From Eledone cirrhosa (taxonomy: Eukaryota), in NCBI GenBank assembly GCA_964016885.1, contig OZ024743.1:49042001-49106000 (forward strand): 64,000 nucleotides of DNA. The letters are read 5' to 3'. The position numbers were made by a program, and so were the translations under genes. This document shows, one piece after another, positions 1 to 11,650 of this stretch. Position 1 is the stretch's first letter. Every line of letters starts with the position of its first letter. The notes beneath the pieces were generated by a model. That model ran no database searches, was not told the origin of the DNA, and saw only the letters and a program-made list of their open reading frames with translations.

Positions 1-335
1 GAGTTCAATTCTCAGACTGGGTGATGTGTTGTTTCCTTGAGCAAGACACTTCATTTCACATTGCTCCAGTTTACTCAGCTGTAGAAATGAGATGATAGGA
101 CTGGGGTCCCTATCATTCCACTGAAAAGTGGTCGTGGAGGTGCCACGGCAAAAAACCACCCAGCCCACCACACTGTAAAATGGACGTGTAGGCGCCACAG
201 AAAAAAAGCACCCAGCACTCACTGTAAATGAGGTTGGTGTTAGGAAGGGTATCCAGCTGTAGAAATCAAACCAGAATCAGTTCCTGTCCCACTCTTGCAA
301 ACAGGGAAAAGCGGACGTAAAATGAAATAATGATG
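1..335 (+). mobile_element. CORE-type tRNA-derived SINE (family 'A'), 5' end cut by window edge
   Basis: B-box GAGTTCAATTC, CORE-like CCTTGAGCAAGACACTT...CAGCTGTAGAAATGAG, RTE-like tail ending GCGGACGTAAAATGA; near-identical to copies at 14538, 39110, 53018. Confidence 0.85.
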
Positions 336-402
336 AAACACATAGAGAATAAGTAGTTATACAAATATGTACATTATGATGCTCTACATTTTATTAAACT
401 TA

Positions 403-888
403 CTAGCAGAAAACCACCCTTCTGGTGGTTTTTCTGCTAGCATGTATAGTGTGCATTTGATATTGTACGCAAATAAATATACATATAGATATGATACATC
501 AAATGAAATCGTAATTGACAATATACACAGAAATTGAATGAAGTCTGCGTTACACTCTCTTCTGTAACCAGTAAAGTAATCCATGATATATTAAAAAAGA
601 CGATATTATATATAAACTGCATTAGGATAAAAATTAGTGATGGAAATATATGTGATGTTTTTATAAGCGATCGCTAACCGGAGTGTTGACATTTGAAAAT
701 TTTAAAGAAGTGAATCTTAAAATAAGCAATAAAATTATTTATATTTAATCAAGATTAATGAAATTTAGAAGATAAATTATGTAATATTCATTCATTATTT
801 ATTCAAAGTAATCCAACTTATTTTACAAAGAAAAAAAAATATATATTCTGGACGTAGTCCAGCACTCCTTACTTTATTATAGTTAAGA
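403..888 (-). mobile_element. Non-autonomous Helitron-like element (~486 bp)
   Basis: Minus strand starts A|TCTTAACTATAATAAAG (888) and ends with a hairpin (AAAACCACC-agaag-GGTGGTTTT) followed by CTGCTAG|T (403). Insertion between A and T, no TSD. Confidence 0.6.
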
Positions 889-974
889 TATAGTTTGTTT
901 ACCTCTTAGGCACTATATTTGACTTATCTTTTCATTATCATCATTACTGTTTTATGTCTATTTTTCATGCTTTC

Positions 975-2630
975 ATATTTTAGGTTTACATTGTGTACAC
1001 CATATAGAGTTTCTCTCTACTCCTTTTTTGCATATTGAGCCAGGCCACTTTCCTTAGGGAATCAGGGTCCTGTCTTTTTTCCTGCTTACCACCCCTTAAT
1101 CTTTTCTAAGTTTACCCCATAGTTGGAGCTTATTCTCCAGTTGTTTTTTTTTTATGGATTCAGCTACGTATAGTATGGTTGACTATCCAGGTTACTAGTA
1201 CAGCTATATACAGTATGGTTGACTATCCAGGTTACTAGTACAGTTATATACAGTATGGTTGACTATCCAGGTTACTAGTACAGCTATATATAGTATGGTT
1301 GACTATCCAGGTTACTAGTACAGCTCCTACTTCTGATGCTTTTAGCATTTCAGTGATTGTCCCACAGCTTTACCAATTTTCATCTAATTGATTACTTCTT
1401 TGACCCTAAAACTGTCAATTTCAACAGTTTGTCCCTCTGTTGGGTAAGTTGAGGGTAGTCTCTCTTCCTCCCATTCTCCACATTCATCAATCTTTCATAG
1501 TAACATTTCCAGTAACATTTCTTTCTGTTGAGTATCAGTGGTGCTAAGTGCACTTGTGTCATTTCTAATACACTTTTTCCCAACAACATCCCAATTCACA
1601 CTGACAAACTGTCTTTCAAAGCAGAACACTTCACGTCTCTCATCCTCATGTCTTTCCAAGCTATATATACCTTGTCTAGCTTCTTTCTTAGCTACCTGGT
1701 ACCAGTCTCTGCTACTCCCATTTTTCCAGTTTTCCCATGCCTGTCTCTTGCTTTAATGGCTCCACTGTGCTGTTCCAGCACCAGGTCACCATCTCTCTAG
1801 CTGGTGATTTGCTCCAGCCACAAGTCTCATCAGTAGTTCACAATAGGTTGTCACGTAAGAATTCCTAATTATTCTCTATGTCATATGTATCTAACTTGTC
1901 ATCCCTCTCATCAAATTTATCCCTTAGAGCCTTTCTACACCTATATTTAACCAAAGGGTCCTTCAGCTTGCAGAACCCCTACCTTTATATTTTTCTGCGT
2001 ATTTTGTTCCGTCTTGTGTTTATTTTGATATCACTAATAACTAACTTGTGTTGGGCCACACATTTTTCTCCGGGGAAGGTCATATCATCTGTCAATCTCA
2101 TCTAACAAGTAAGAAATTAACCTGGCTTGTGTGTGTTCATCTGCTTGATATGTGATCAGATGGCTAGCTGGTTTCTTGAAATTAGTGTTGCAAATGGTGT
2201 ATCACAGAATTCCAGGAGCCTCTTCATTTTTTTAACCGTAACCATAGCTGCCATGAATTCCACTGAACCCACCCTAGTACTGTCCATCATGTCCATTGAA
2301 GTCACCTGAAAAGTTTTTCATAGAAATGGCCCTTTTGTTCTTTACTCAGTCTTGTGATGCATTGGTAAATGAAATTGTCACCATTGTATTTCCGACAGTT
2401 ATTCTCACCTTGATAATTCTGTCACTTACTCCAACTACTTCTATAACCTTATTTATCCATTTCTCAGCCAGTAGAATACCTACACCACCTACCCCATCGT
2501 CATTTTTTACCCAGAAAAATTTGTATCTATGCTGTTTGAGCCCTTCCATTGGACCTCATGTAAGCAGCATACATCCACTTGTCTCCTCTCTAACAACTTC
2601 ACAATTTCACCTGATTTACCTTTCAGAGTG
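975..2630 (-). mobile_element. Old, decayed RTE LINE (APE + partial RT)
   Basis: Minus-strand remnants FFWVKNDDGVGGVGILLAEKWINKVIEV, GEKCV/WKCYYERLMNVEN and KVNL; many stops and frameshifts. Confidence 0.8.
1161..1325. repeat. 40-bp minisatellite, 4 copies
   Basis: Unit CAGCTATATACAGTATGGTTGACTATCCAGGTTACTAGTA starting at 1161, 1201, 1241, 1281. Confidence 0.95.
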
Positions 2631-2936
2631 GCAGCTCTGAAAGGTAAACTTGACAGTCGTTAGATCTTTGAGTAGCAGTTCTTTGTACTTTGAAGAGGAA
2701 ATATCTATGTTATTACTTAATGATAGTTGAGTGGTTCTTTCACAGGGCTACTTTAACCACTGCCGCAGAACTAACATGACTAGTGTTATTCCTGTATATA
2801 CAATTAATGTGAATCTTATGTGTTGTGCTTTGCATAATTTTGACAGGGTTTTTCACTCTGGATTATGGAGTCCTTGACTGTCTAGTTATTTTTAATCGGA
2901 GTCACTGCCCTCATACACACACATATATATAAATAT

Positions 2937-3706
2937 CATCATCATCATCATCATTATTTTACGTCCGCTCTTCCCTGCTTGCAAGAGTGGGACGGGTCTT
3001 ATTCAGCACAGCATCTCTCCAATTGTCACGGTCCTTTGTCATCTCCACCGTGAGCTTCAGCGATCTGAGGTCTGTTCTCACCACCTCCGCCCATGTTTTT
3101 CGTGGTCTACCTCTACCACGTTTTCCTTCAACTGGCATTTCCTGGCACTTCTTTACCCATCGGTCATCCTCCATGCGCATCACATGTCCATACCACCTCA
3201 GTCTCCTCTCCCGTACACTACATTCTATCCCTCTCAGACACAGTTTCTCTCTCAACACATTCATGCTGGGTCGTTCAAGCACATTGACACTGCACATCCA
3301 ACGGAGCATACTTGCCTCATTTCTCTCCAGCCGTCGCATATCTTCTGCAGTTGCTGCCCATGTCTCACTACCATACAACATCGCGCTCCTCACACAGGCA
3401 TCATATAACCGGCCTTTCGTATACAGGGAGAAACCCTTCTTCGTCAGCAGAGGAAGCAGCTCCCTAAACTTCTTCCAACCTGTCCTTATTCTAGATACTA
3501 TGGCCTCGGAACACCCCCCTCCCATGCTAATCTGATCTCCTAGGTACCGGAAGCTATCCACCACTTCTATAGCACCCGCCTGCATTTGAAAAATGTGTCT
3601 ATCAATGCGACTTCTACTGTCTAATTTCCCTGTACATCTACTGCATACATATTTCTCCCTACCTTTTAGTTTGCCTGCTATCCCGCTACATCTCTTGTGT
3701 ACCCAT
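2937..3706 (-). mobile_element. RTE LINE family C, 5'-truncated 3' fragment
   Basis: ORF 2959-3768 contains [43 protein letters not shown]; (ATG)n tail. Confidence 0.9.
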
Positions 3707-3713
3707 AATATAA

Positions 3714-3751
<38 letters not shown>

Positions 3752-3783
3752 GTCATTGATTGTTTCACGTTTGTCTTATCCAG

Positions 3784-4031
3784 GGACCATTTCTATCAAT
3801 TTGGAGAAATCCGTTCTATTAATGTCGTCAGTAAACAGCATTGTGCATTTGTACAGTTTACAAGCCGCTCTGCTGCAGAGCTGGCCGCAGAACGCTCTTT
3901 CAATAAACTCATCATCCTTGGTCGTCGTTTAAACATAAAGTGGGGAAGATCTCAGGCTCAACAGACTTTGATGAAGAAAGAAGACATAGAGAATGACAAT
4001 CTTTTGGAACCTGTACCAGGTTTACCTGGGG
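3784..4031 (+). CDS. RBM22: RBM22 (pre-mRNA splicing factor) internal exon: RRM C-terminal half
   Basis: Acceptor TCCAG|G, donor G|GTAAGT; encodes [57 protein letters not shown]...LEPVPGLPG, recognisably RBM22. Confidence 0.95.
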
Positions 4032-4249
4032 GTAAGTTTATTTACAATTTTGTTGCATTTTTTATATGGGTGAGGTGAATTCTTTTGGTAGTTGCTGAGC
4101 CCTATCTGCAGAAAGCTGACAGAAGTGGTAGAGTATTAGCCTAAATGCCCTGTGCTATTCCAGCTTTTTTGTTCTGAGTTCCAAGCCTGCCATGGTTAAC
4201 TTTGCTTTTCATACTTCCAGAGTTGATAAATAAATTAGCAGTTGAGGGC

Positions 4250-4560
4250 AGTAGAGGGACAAAGTTGATAGTGTTAGATATGATGTCTTGTGGTATTTGT
4301 TCTGGCTCTTTCTTTTCTGGATTAAAATCCTATTGTAGCCTTCTTGGATGATAGATTTAATTGGTTGCCCAGTTTAACACCACCACTTGGCCCTTGGGGA
4401 TTCCTTTAACAGAGTCCAATTTGTTGTAAGTATTCAGGCCAGATCTTCAGTTGAAGGATATTTTCCTTCTTCCCACTTGTCTTGAAAGCCCCTGGAAAGG
4501 GGACACTGCTTCTCCACACTGCTCACTAAACTTTGATATACTGTTTGATTGATATTTACT
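4250..4560 (+). mobile_element. Old SINE-like repeat (related copies ~8560-8830 + and ~63260-63520 -)
   Basis: Shared motif GCCCAGTTTAACACCAC...AAGTATTCAGGCCAG, preceded by a decayed tRNA-like head in the first two copies. Confidence 0.5.
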
Positions 4561-4884
4561 GGTACTTTTGTTGTTAACACTTTTCATGTTAGGGTAGTGG
4601 CATAGCTAAGTGTTTTGGGGTAAAGACAGTTTTAGTGCCCACCCCTTACCTTAATTAACAGGCTTGATGATAGGCCAGACGAAATTTTGTACCCCTTCAC
4701 ATGTACACCTAAGGACAGCTGCCCCACACCCCACCTCACTAACTACACTTCTGTGTTAAGGGTTGACTTTGGTCCATCTAACTGATATGTGTCTGAACCA
4801 ACAATGGAGCCTCTATAAGGTCATTTCACCTGCTAGGCATAACAACAAAATCTCCATAAATCTTATGAAATAAAGGATACATTA

Positions 4885-5487
4885 GACCTGTCTTCTCCTG
4901 TGCAAGGGTGGAAACATACATCTAGTATACACCTTCACCTCCCATGTACTAACACCTCACCCATGTCACTAGATCTACCTCCCCAGTCTCCCACCCAAAT
5001 CCCCAGCCCACACTGTAAAGTGATTGTGTTGCTGACACGAGAAAAAGTACCCAGTACACACTGTAAATGTAGTTGGCATTAGGAAAGGCATCCAGACGTA
5101 TAAACCAAGCCAGAACCAGTTCTGGATGTGCAAAATATGGTCACCTGATCTGATTTGTCTCACAATGAGGTCACTTGTCTAATCCATGCTAACAGGGAAA
5201 AATGGACATTAAACAATGATGATATATATCATCATCATTTAACATCCATTTTTCCCTGCTAGCAGTGTGGGCTGGAGACTTGGGTGGAGGAGGTAGATCT
5301 AGGGAAGTGGGTGAGGGGTTGGTTCACATAGAAAGTGAAGGTTGTGCATACTTGATATATGCTTCAACCCGTGCACAGGGAAGGCAGGTGTTTTGTATTA
5401 TTGCATAACTCCAGAGAACACAGTCATGTGTCACCTTTGAGAGGTGCAATTGTGCAAGGTCAGCTTTTATCACTTCATCTCAAGTCA
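4885..5487. mobile_element. Two RTE 3'UTR fragments tail-to-tail (4885-5225 +, 5228-5487 -)
   Basis: Both end in GGACATTAAAC/(ATG)n-type tails; 4890-5015 is the diverged reverse complement of 5262-5390. Confidence 0.7.
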
Positions 5488-6100
5488 TATATATGTATGA
5501 GTGTGTGTGTAAGGAAAACTTGATTACTTTATTCCATAAGTATATCAATTGAAGGATGAATTAGGTGTTGTGATATTCATTGAACATCTAAAATGATGTC
5601 ATTTCGTTTATAGATCCATATATTGTCAATCTCTGAGATCGACTTTAACTGACAGGGTTATCGCCCCTGATACTCTTGTTACAGATCGCCGTTTAGAAAG
5701 ACATGTTCTTGTATATGTGTTCCATCGATCTAGATGTTTAGTTTTTGTGTATTTTTGCTAACAATAATATCCTTAAACATATATAGGTGTTTGTCAACAT
5801 TAGGTAAAGTAAAAAATAACCATAAGAAGCATTTTGCATGCTAAATTTGAAAGTGGAAAACTTAGAGCTTCTCATCACAATTTGAAGACAAAAACTCTCT
5901 ATAGGTGTGTTTATTATATTTGTATATATAGATTTGGCTGTACATGTAGGAGCTAACATTATACATGCAACAAAGTATGCATGCCCTAATTCTTTTTAGC
6001 CATTGCAAGTTTTCTGCAAACAAAAGTTCATGTCATGCTGCTATGTATGATGTATAACAGTTCAAAGACATGCATCATACTGTATAATCTGCTCTTCACT

Positions 6101-7441
6101 CTGGAAGAAATACCAGCTCTCAGTTGTTAGCTGTTGTGACACTGCATCCTTTAAAACCTCCATGGAACAAACTCCCTGTATCATTTGTTAGCTGTCGAGA
6201 CACTGCATCCTTTAAAACCTCCATGGAACAAACTCCCTGCATCAGTTCTTAGCTGTCGAGACACTGCATCCTTTAAAACCTCCATGGAACACACTACCTG
6301 CATCAGTTGTTAGCTGTCGAGACACTGCATCCTTTAAAACCTCCATGGAACAAACTCCCTGTATCAGTTATTAGCTGTCGAGACACTGCATCCTTTAAAA
6401 CCTCCATGGAACACACTCCCTGTATCAGTTATTAGCTGTCGAGACACTGCATCCTTTAAAACCTCCATGGAACACACTCCCTGTATCAGTTGTTAGCTGT
6501 CGAGACACTGCATCCTTTAAAACCTCCATGGAACAAACTACCAGCATCAGTTGTTAGCTGCCGAGACACTGCATCCTTTAAAACCTCCATGGAACAAACT
6601 ACCAGCATCAGTTGTTAGCTGTCAAGACACTGCATCCTTTAAAACCTCCATGGAACAAACTACCTGCATCAGTTGTTAGCTATCAAGACACTGCATCCTT
6701 TAAAACCTCCATGGAACACACTCCCTGTATCAGTTGTTAGCTGTCGAGACATGCATCCTTTAAAACCTCCATGGAACAAACACCCTGTATCAGTTGTTAG
6801 CTGTCGAGACACTGCATCCTTTAAAACCTCCATGGAACACACTCCCTGTATCAGTTGTTAGCTGTCAAGACACTACATTCTTTAAAACCTCCATGGAACA
6901 CACTCCCTGTATCAGTTGTTAGCTGTCAAGACACTGCATCCTTTAAAACCTCCATGGAACAAACTCCCTGTATCAGTTGTTAGCTGTCGAGACACTGCAT
7001 CCTTTAAAACCTCCATGGAACAAACTCCCTGTATCAGTTGTTAGCTGTCAAGACACTGCATCCTTTAAAACCTCCATGGAACACACTACCTGCATCAGTT
7101 GTTAGCTGTCAAGACACTACATCCTTTAAAACCTCCATGGAACAAACTCCCTGTATCAGTTGTTAGCTGTCGAGACACTGCATCCTTTAAAACCTCCATG
7201 GAACACACTACCTGTATCAGTTGTTAGCTGTCAAGACACTACATCCTTTAAAACCTCCATGGAACACACTCCCTGTATCAGTTGTTAGCTGTCAAGACAC
7301 TGCATCCTTTAAAACCTCCATGGAACACACTACCTGTATCAGTTGTTAGCTGTCAAGACACTACATCCTTTAAAACCTCCATGGAACACACTCCCTGTAT
7401 CAGTTGTTAGCTGTCGAGACACTGCATCCTTTAAAACCTCC
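6101..7441 (+). repeat. 61-bp minisatellite, ~22 copies, in an RBM22 intron
   Basis: Unit CAGTTGTTAGCTGTCGAGACACTGCATCCTTTAAAACCTCCATGGAACAAACTCCCTGTAT starting every 61 nt from 6121 to 7401 (one 60-nt unit). Confidence 0.97.
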
Positions 7442-7628
7442 TTGCCTCCTGAAATTCGCCAACACTACACCTGGTATCCCCCCTCCATACACACACACAT
7501 GTATATCATGACTCATACACTGTTCACTTTCCTGATATTTGTACATTTCCCTAAGTACTATACATACACCTTTGATGAGTTGTAGTGCACCTGAGCACTG
7601 TACACAATAATTTCATTATTGTTATTAT
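7441..7628 (+). mobile_element. CR1-type LINE 3' end
   Basis: Continues from the array as ...PEIRQHYT, then ends GTAGTGCACCTGAGCACTGTACACAATAATTTC(ATT)n; the same tail occurs at ~13365-13421. Confidence 0.6.
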
Positions 7629-7980
7629 AAACTTCTTCCACCCTGCTACCTCACTGTTAGTCCACTAGCCACTACTAATATATCTATATGTGTGTGTCTA
7701 TGTCTGTATTTACCTTTTGTATCTGTGTTTATGTTTTGTAACTTAACTTTCAACAAAAAGGAATAATCTATGAAATATGTACCAGACTTGAAAAAAATAA
7801 CTACAGTGATTGATATGATTGACTAAATTCCTTTGGGGTAGTGCTTCAGGAGAGCTACAATCTAATTATTAAAACCAATAAAATATGGTAATGAAAAGGT
7901 TAGATGTAGTGTAGGTGTTGGTTAGGGGAGTTACCATGACTAATGTTTTTCTGTATTACTTTCATTTTATATTTTTGCAG

Positions 7981-8145
7981 CATTACCATTGCCACCTGAA
8001 GAACTGACTAACAATTACTTTAATCTTGGTCAACCACCACCACTGGTGCCTCCACCACCACCACAAGGTGTACCTCCACGTATTCCACCCCCAATGGCAC
8101 CACCATTTAACAATATGTCTCGTGGACCACCACCTCCACCTCCAG
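7981..8145 (+). CDS. RBM22: RBM22 penultimate coding exon (Pro-rich)
   Basis: TTTTTGCAG| acceptor, phase-1 join G+CA=Ala; ALPLPPEELTNNYFNLGQPPP...PPPPPG; donor G|GTAAG. Confidence 0.92.
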
Positions 8146-8968
8146 GTAAGAAGTTCTTCTATGTCTCAGATTGTTAACAAACCTAGCAGATATTAGCCCT
8201 TTAAATACCAGCCTGTTAAAAGCCACAACTATTAATGTGTTTACATTTTAATTCAGATCCTTCAGTGGAATCTTATTATTACATGAGATAATATTAGATT
8301 TCAGTAGTTAAATATTTGTCTGTTGTTATTAAGTTAAAAATTAGTTATTTCACTAAATCTTTCATAGTTATGATTATTTTGATAATTAAAACACAAAGGC
8401 AGTATATTCTTATTAGAAATATGGTCAGAAAAAGGCAAATACATTCAACTGGTGATGTATTTTTTTTTCTTTACTACATACACACCACCCTGTTTTATGT
8501 AGGTGAACTTTGCCTTTTATCCTTTCTTTGTTAATAAAATAAGATACCAGTCCAGAACAGTTGATTGGTGGAATTGTTAGAACATTGGATGAGATGCCTT
8601 GTGGGATTTCTTCTGAGACCCAATCTTTTTTGTGGGATGTATTCTGAGTTCCAATCCTTCTATGGCCTACTTGAGTCGTAGACTTATTCTACTGCCCAGT
8701 TTAACACCACTGCCTGGCATTTGGGTACCTTTAGTAGGGTCCTCCTACTCCAAGTATTCTGGCCAGGTCTCTGTTTTTAGGATACCTTCTTTCATTTTTT
8801 TACTAGTCTCAGGGAACCTAATAATGACCAAAAGCATTGATTATCCCTGTCCGACTAAACAGCAAATAAAAAAAAATATCCTTTTTAACAATGTTTTGAT
8901 CACCTGTAACCCTTAACGATCAATTGTTGACTTTATTTAATTTATCTTCTTATGCTTGCCAATTGCAG

Positions 8969-9120
8969 GTGTGAGACTACCACCACCACCTCCAGGAATA
9001 TTACCTGTGCGACCACCACCACTAATCCCACCGAGAACTACTCAGCTGAACTCTGTCCACTATCCATCACAAGATCCAACACGTATGGGGGCAGTGACTG
9101 TAACTAACCAGAAATCTTAA
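8969..9120 (+). CDS. RBM22: RBM22 last coding exon
   Basis: TTGCAG| acceptor, phase 1; GVRLPPPPPGILPVRPPPLIPPRTTQLNSVHYPSQDPTRMGAVTVTNQKS*, with the conserved HYPSQDPxRMGA; TAA at 9118-9120. Confidence 0.93.
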
Positions 9121-9161
9121 GACCCAATACCTCACAGCCTTCTTCATCAGTCAACTGTCAC

Positions 9162-9167
9162 AATAAA
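9162..9167 (+). promoter_or_regulatory. Candidate proximal polyadenylation signal of RBM22
   Basis: AATAAA about 40 nt after the stop codon; another AATAAA at 10201-10206 could end a longer 3'UTR. Confidence 0.4.
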
Positions 9168-10286
9168 AAGGCATATATATATATTTGTGTGTGTATATAT
9201 AAAACCCATGCCAGCTTGGAGAACAAACATAAGATGGTTATTATAAACATACATATGTATGTATATAATTGGCACCAAGACAGTGTTTAAGCATAACAGA
9301 GGTTTATATGAAAACCTATATATATGTTTATATAAACATATGGGTAGCCTTACTGCTGAAGAAAAATATTTTTTTATAACAAAACAAAATGAAAAATATT
9401 ATTTTTCTCTATTTTCATCTGTGAATATATTACAGAGTTGCCAGTATGTTCTGAGAATGTCAAACACATACTGGCATGACTATAGTCTATATAGAATTTT
9501 GTGTCATGATCTCTTGTTAAAGATGCTCATTTGCATATAGCAAATAGAAAACATCGCCTGGAAATGGTCATTTGCATATAGTGTGAGCTTAGCTGGTTAT
9601 ATTTAATTGGTGGTGGCACTAAGAGAGCGTTTAAAAGATGTATATGAAAACATATATAATATGTTTATATACAATAAACATATGGTAGCCATATGTTTAT
9701 TGTATATAAATGCATTACATATGCTTTCATATACACCTCCATTATGCTTAAACACTCTCTTAGTGTTACTGCCAATCAAATATAACCAGACAAGTTCGCA
9801 CTATATGCAAATGAACATCATGCAAAATTCTGTATAGAATATCTTCTATTTCATGCTAGTACATTTTAGTGAGTGTCACTCTTGAAACAGCACTGTCTGG
9901 CATTCTCAGAACTTACCGGCAGCTCTGTAAAATATTCAGAGGAAATTAGAGAAAAAAAATTTTTTTTTAGTTTTGTTTCAATGCGAAAAAATATTTTTCT
10001 TCAGTCGCGAGGCTACCCATATATTTATTGTATATAAATGTATTATATATGTTTTCACATACACCTCTTTCTATGTATATATATATGTGAGTTTATTGAC
10101 ACTGGAAAGCTTCATAAATTGCTACTCTGAGTTTCATGTTGACTTTAGAGAAGATATTTTGAAGATTGGCAACTTAAAATTTGTGAAGCGTTTCGGTTTC
10201 AATAAAATTAAATTTTCAACTCAAATTTGATATTGAGTACAGTTTACTTCTTATTAACCCTAAAGTGCAGTATGTATGTGTGTGAG

Positions 10287-10322
<36 letters not shown>

Positions 10323-10332
10323 TACATACACA

Positions 10333-10450
10333 CAAGGGTTGGCTGAAAAGTTCATCAGCTGACTATGAAGGCTGATGCTAGAGCCCTGAAATCTTGCATG
10401 CATTAATTTCAACTCTTCTTAATAATAACTGCATTGTTTCTTTCCTGGGA
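10333..10450 (+). mobile_element. Mariner-like terminal fragment
   Basis: CAAGGGTTGGCTGAAAAGTTC resembles Tc1/mariner TIR ends; no partner TIR seen. Confidence 0.35.
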
Positions 10451-11650
10451 CAAGGTAAACTGGTTGCTGGTAGGAAGGGCATCCAGCCATAGAAAGCTTG
10501 CCAAACAAAGGGTTGAGAGGACCCTCAGTTGTGTCAACATCATGACAACCCCTCCTGTGCACTCAGTAGAACGTGAAACCATACATAACCGAGACACAGA
10601 TCCCTGGCCTATCTGGGAGATCAGTAGTCCGCCTTCAGAACTGACTTGGTTTATACAGACGTGTCCAACCTTGCACATCACATGTCCAAACCACTGCAAT
10701 CACCTCTGCTGTATACTACATCTGACCCCTCTTATGCCTAGTTTCTCTTTCAATTCACTGATGCTTTGTTGTTCATGCACACTATTATTACACATTGGAT
10801 GAGAGGCTGGTGAATGTGGAGAAATAATGGGAGGATGAGAGACTATCCTCAGCCAACCCAATAGAAGGATCAGCTATTGAAATTGACAGTTATAGGGTCA
10901 AAGAAGTAATCAAGGAGATGAAGAATGCTAAAGCTGTGGGACATTCTGAGATAGTTGCTTAGATGCTGAAAGCATCAGGGGAAGTAGGAGTTGAACTAGT
11001 CACCTGCATAGTCCATCAGACAATACAGGACAGGGCCATACTGGTGCAGCAGTACCATCATAAATTGCTACAAGGGTAAATATGATGCTCTAAAAACTAC
11101 AGAGGAATAAAACTAATCGATCAAATTATGAATGTGACAGAAAGAGTTCTAGCACAACTAATTAGGGAAAGAATCAAATTAGATGAGATGCAGTTCAGTT
11201 TCACATCACGGGTGCCCTTTTTTTAGTAAGACAACTACCAGAGAAATTCTTAGCTAAGCTTAAGCCTCTATATTTAGATTTTTGTTGATCTAGAGAAAGC
11301 CTTTGACAGCCCCAATTGGTCATCTGGTGGTGCTTAAGGAAACTAGGTGTAGAAGAGTGGCTTGTAAGAGTAGTGAAAGTCATGTACAGAGGAGCTGTAA
11401 GTAAAGTGAGGTTAGTGAGGAATTCAAGGAAGAGGTAGAAGTACATCAGGGTTCAGTTTTTAGCTCACTTTTGTTTATCTTAATCCTCCAGGATGTAAGA
11501 GAGGAGTTTAAGACTGGTTGGCCATGGGAACTTCTGTATGTCAATGATCTGATCACTATTGCTGAATCTGAGGAAGAACTAGAGAATAAATTCCAGCTAT
11601 GTTAACAGAATTTAGAATCAAAAGGGCTTAGAGTAAAGTTTTGGTGAAGA
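10450..11650. mobile_element. Decayed RTE fragments (10450-10800 -, 10800-11650 +)
   Basis: QWFGHVM on minus; AEMLKASG, DLEKAFD, HQGSVFS and PWELLYVND remnants on plus. Confidence 0.75.

Noticed and set aside
2987-3535. 182-aa plus-strand ORF and similar ORFs opposite other RTE copies (e.g. 32410-33018)
   Set aside because: Antisense shadows of the RTE reading frame with no independent protein signal.
1-3783. Upstream RBM22 exons
   Set aside because: No sequence encoding the zinc finger or the start of the RRM was seen; those exons presumably lie before the window.
6101-7441. CRISPR-like regular array
   Set aside because: Units are contiguous near-identical 61-mers with no unique spacers, no cas genes, and the context is a eukaryotic intron.
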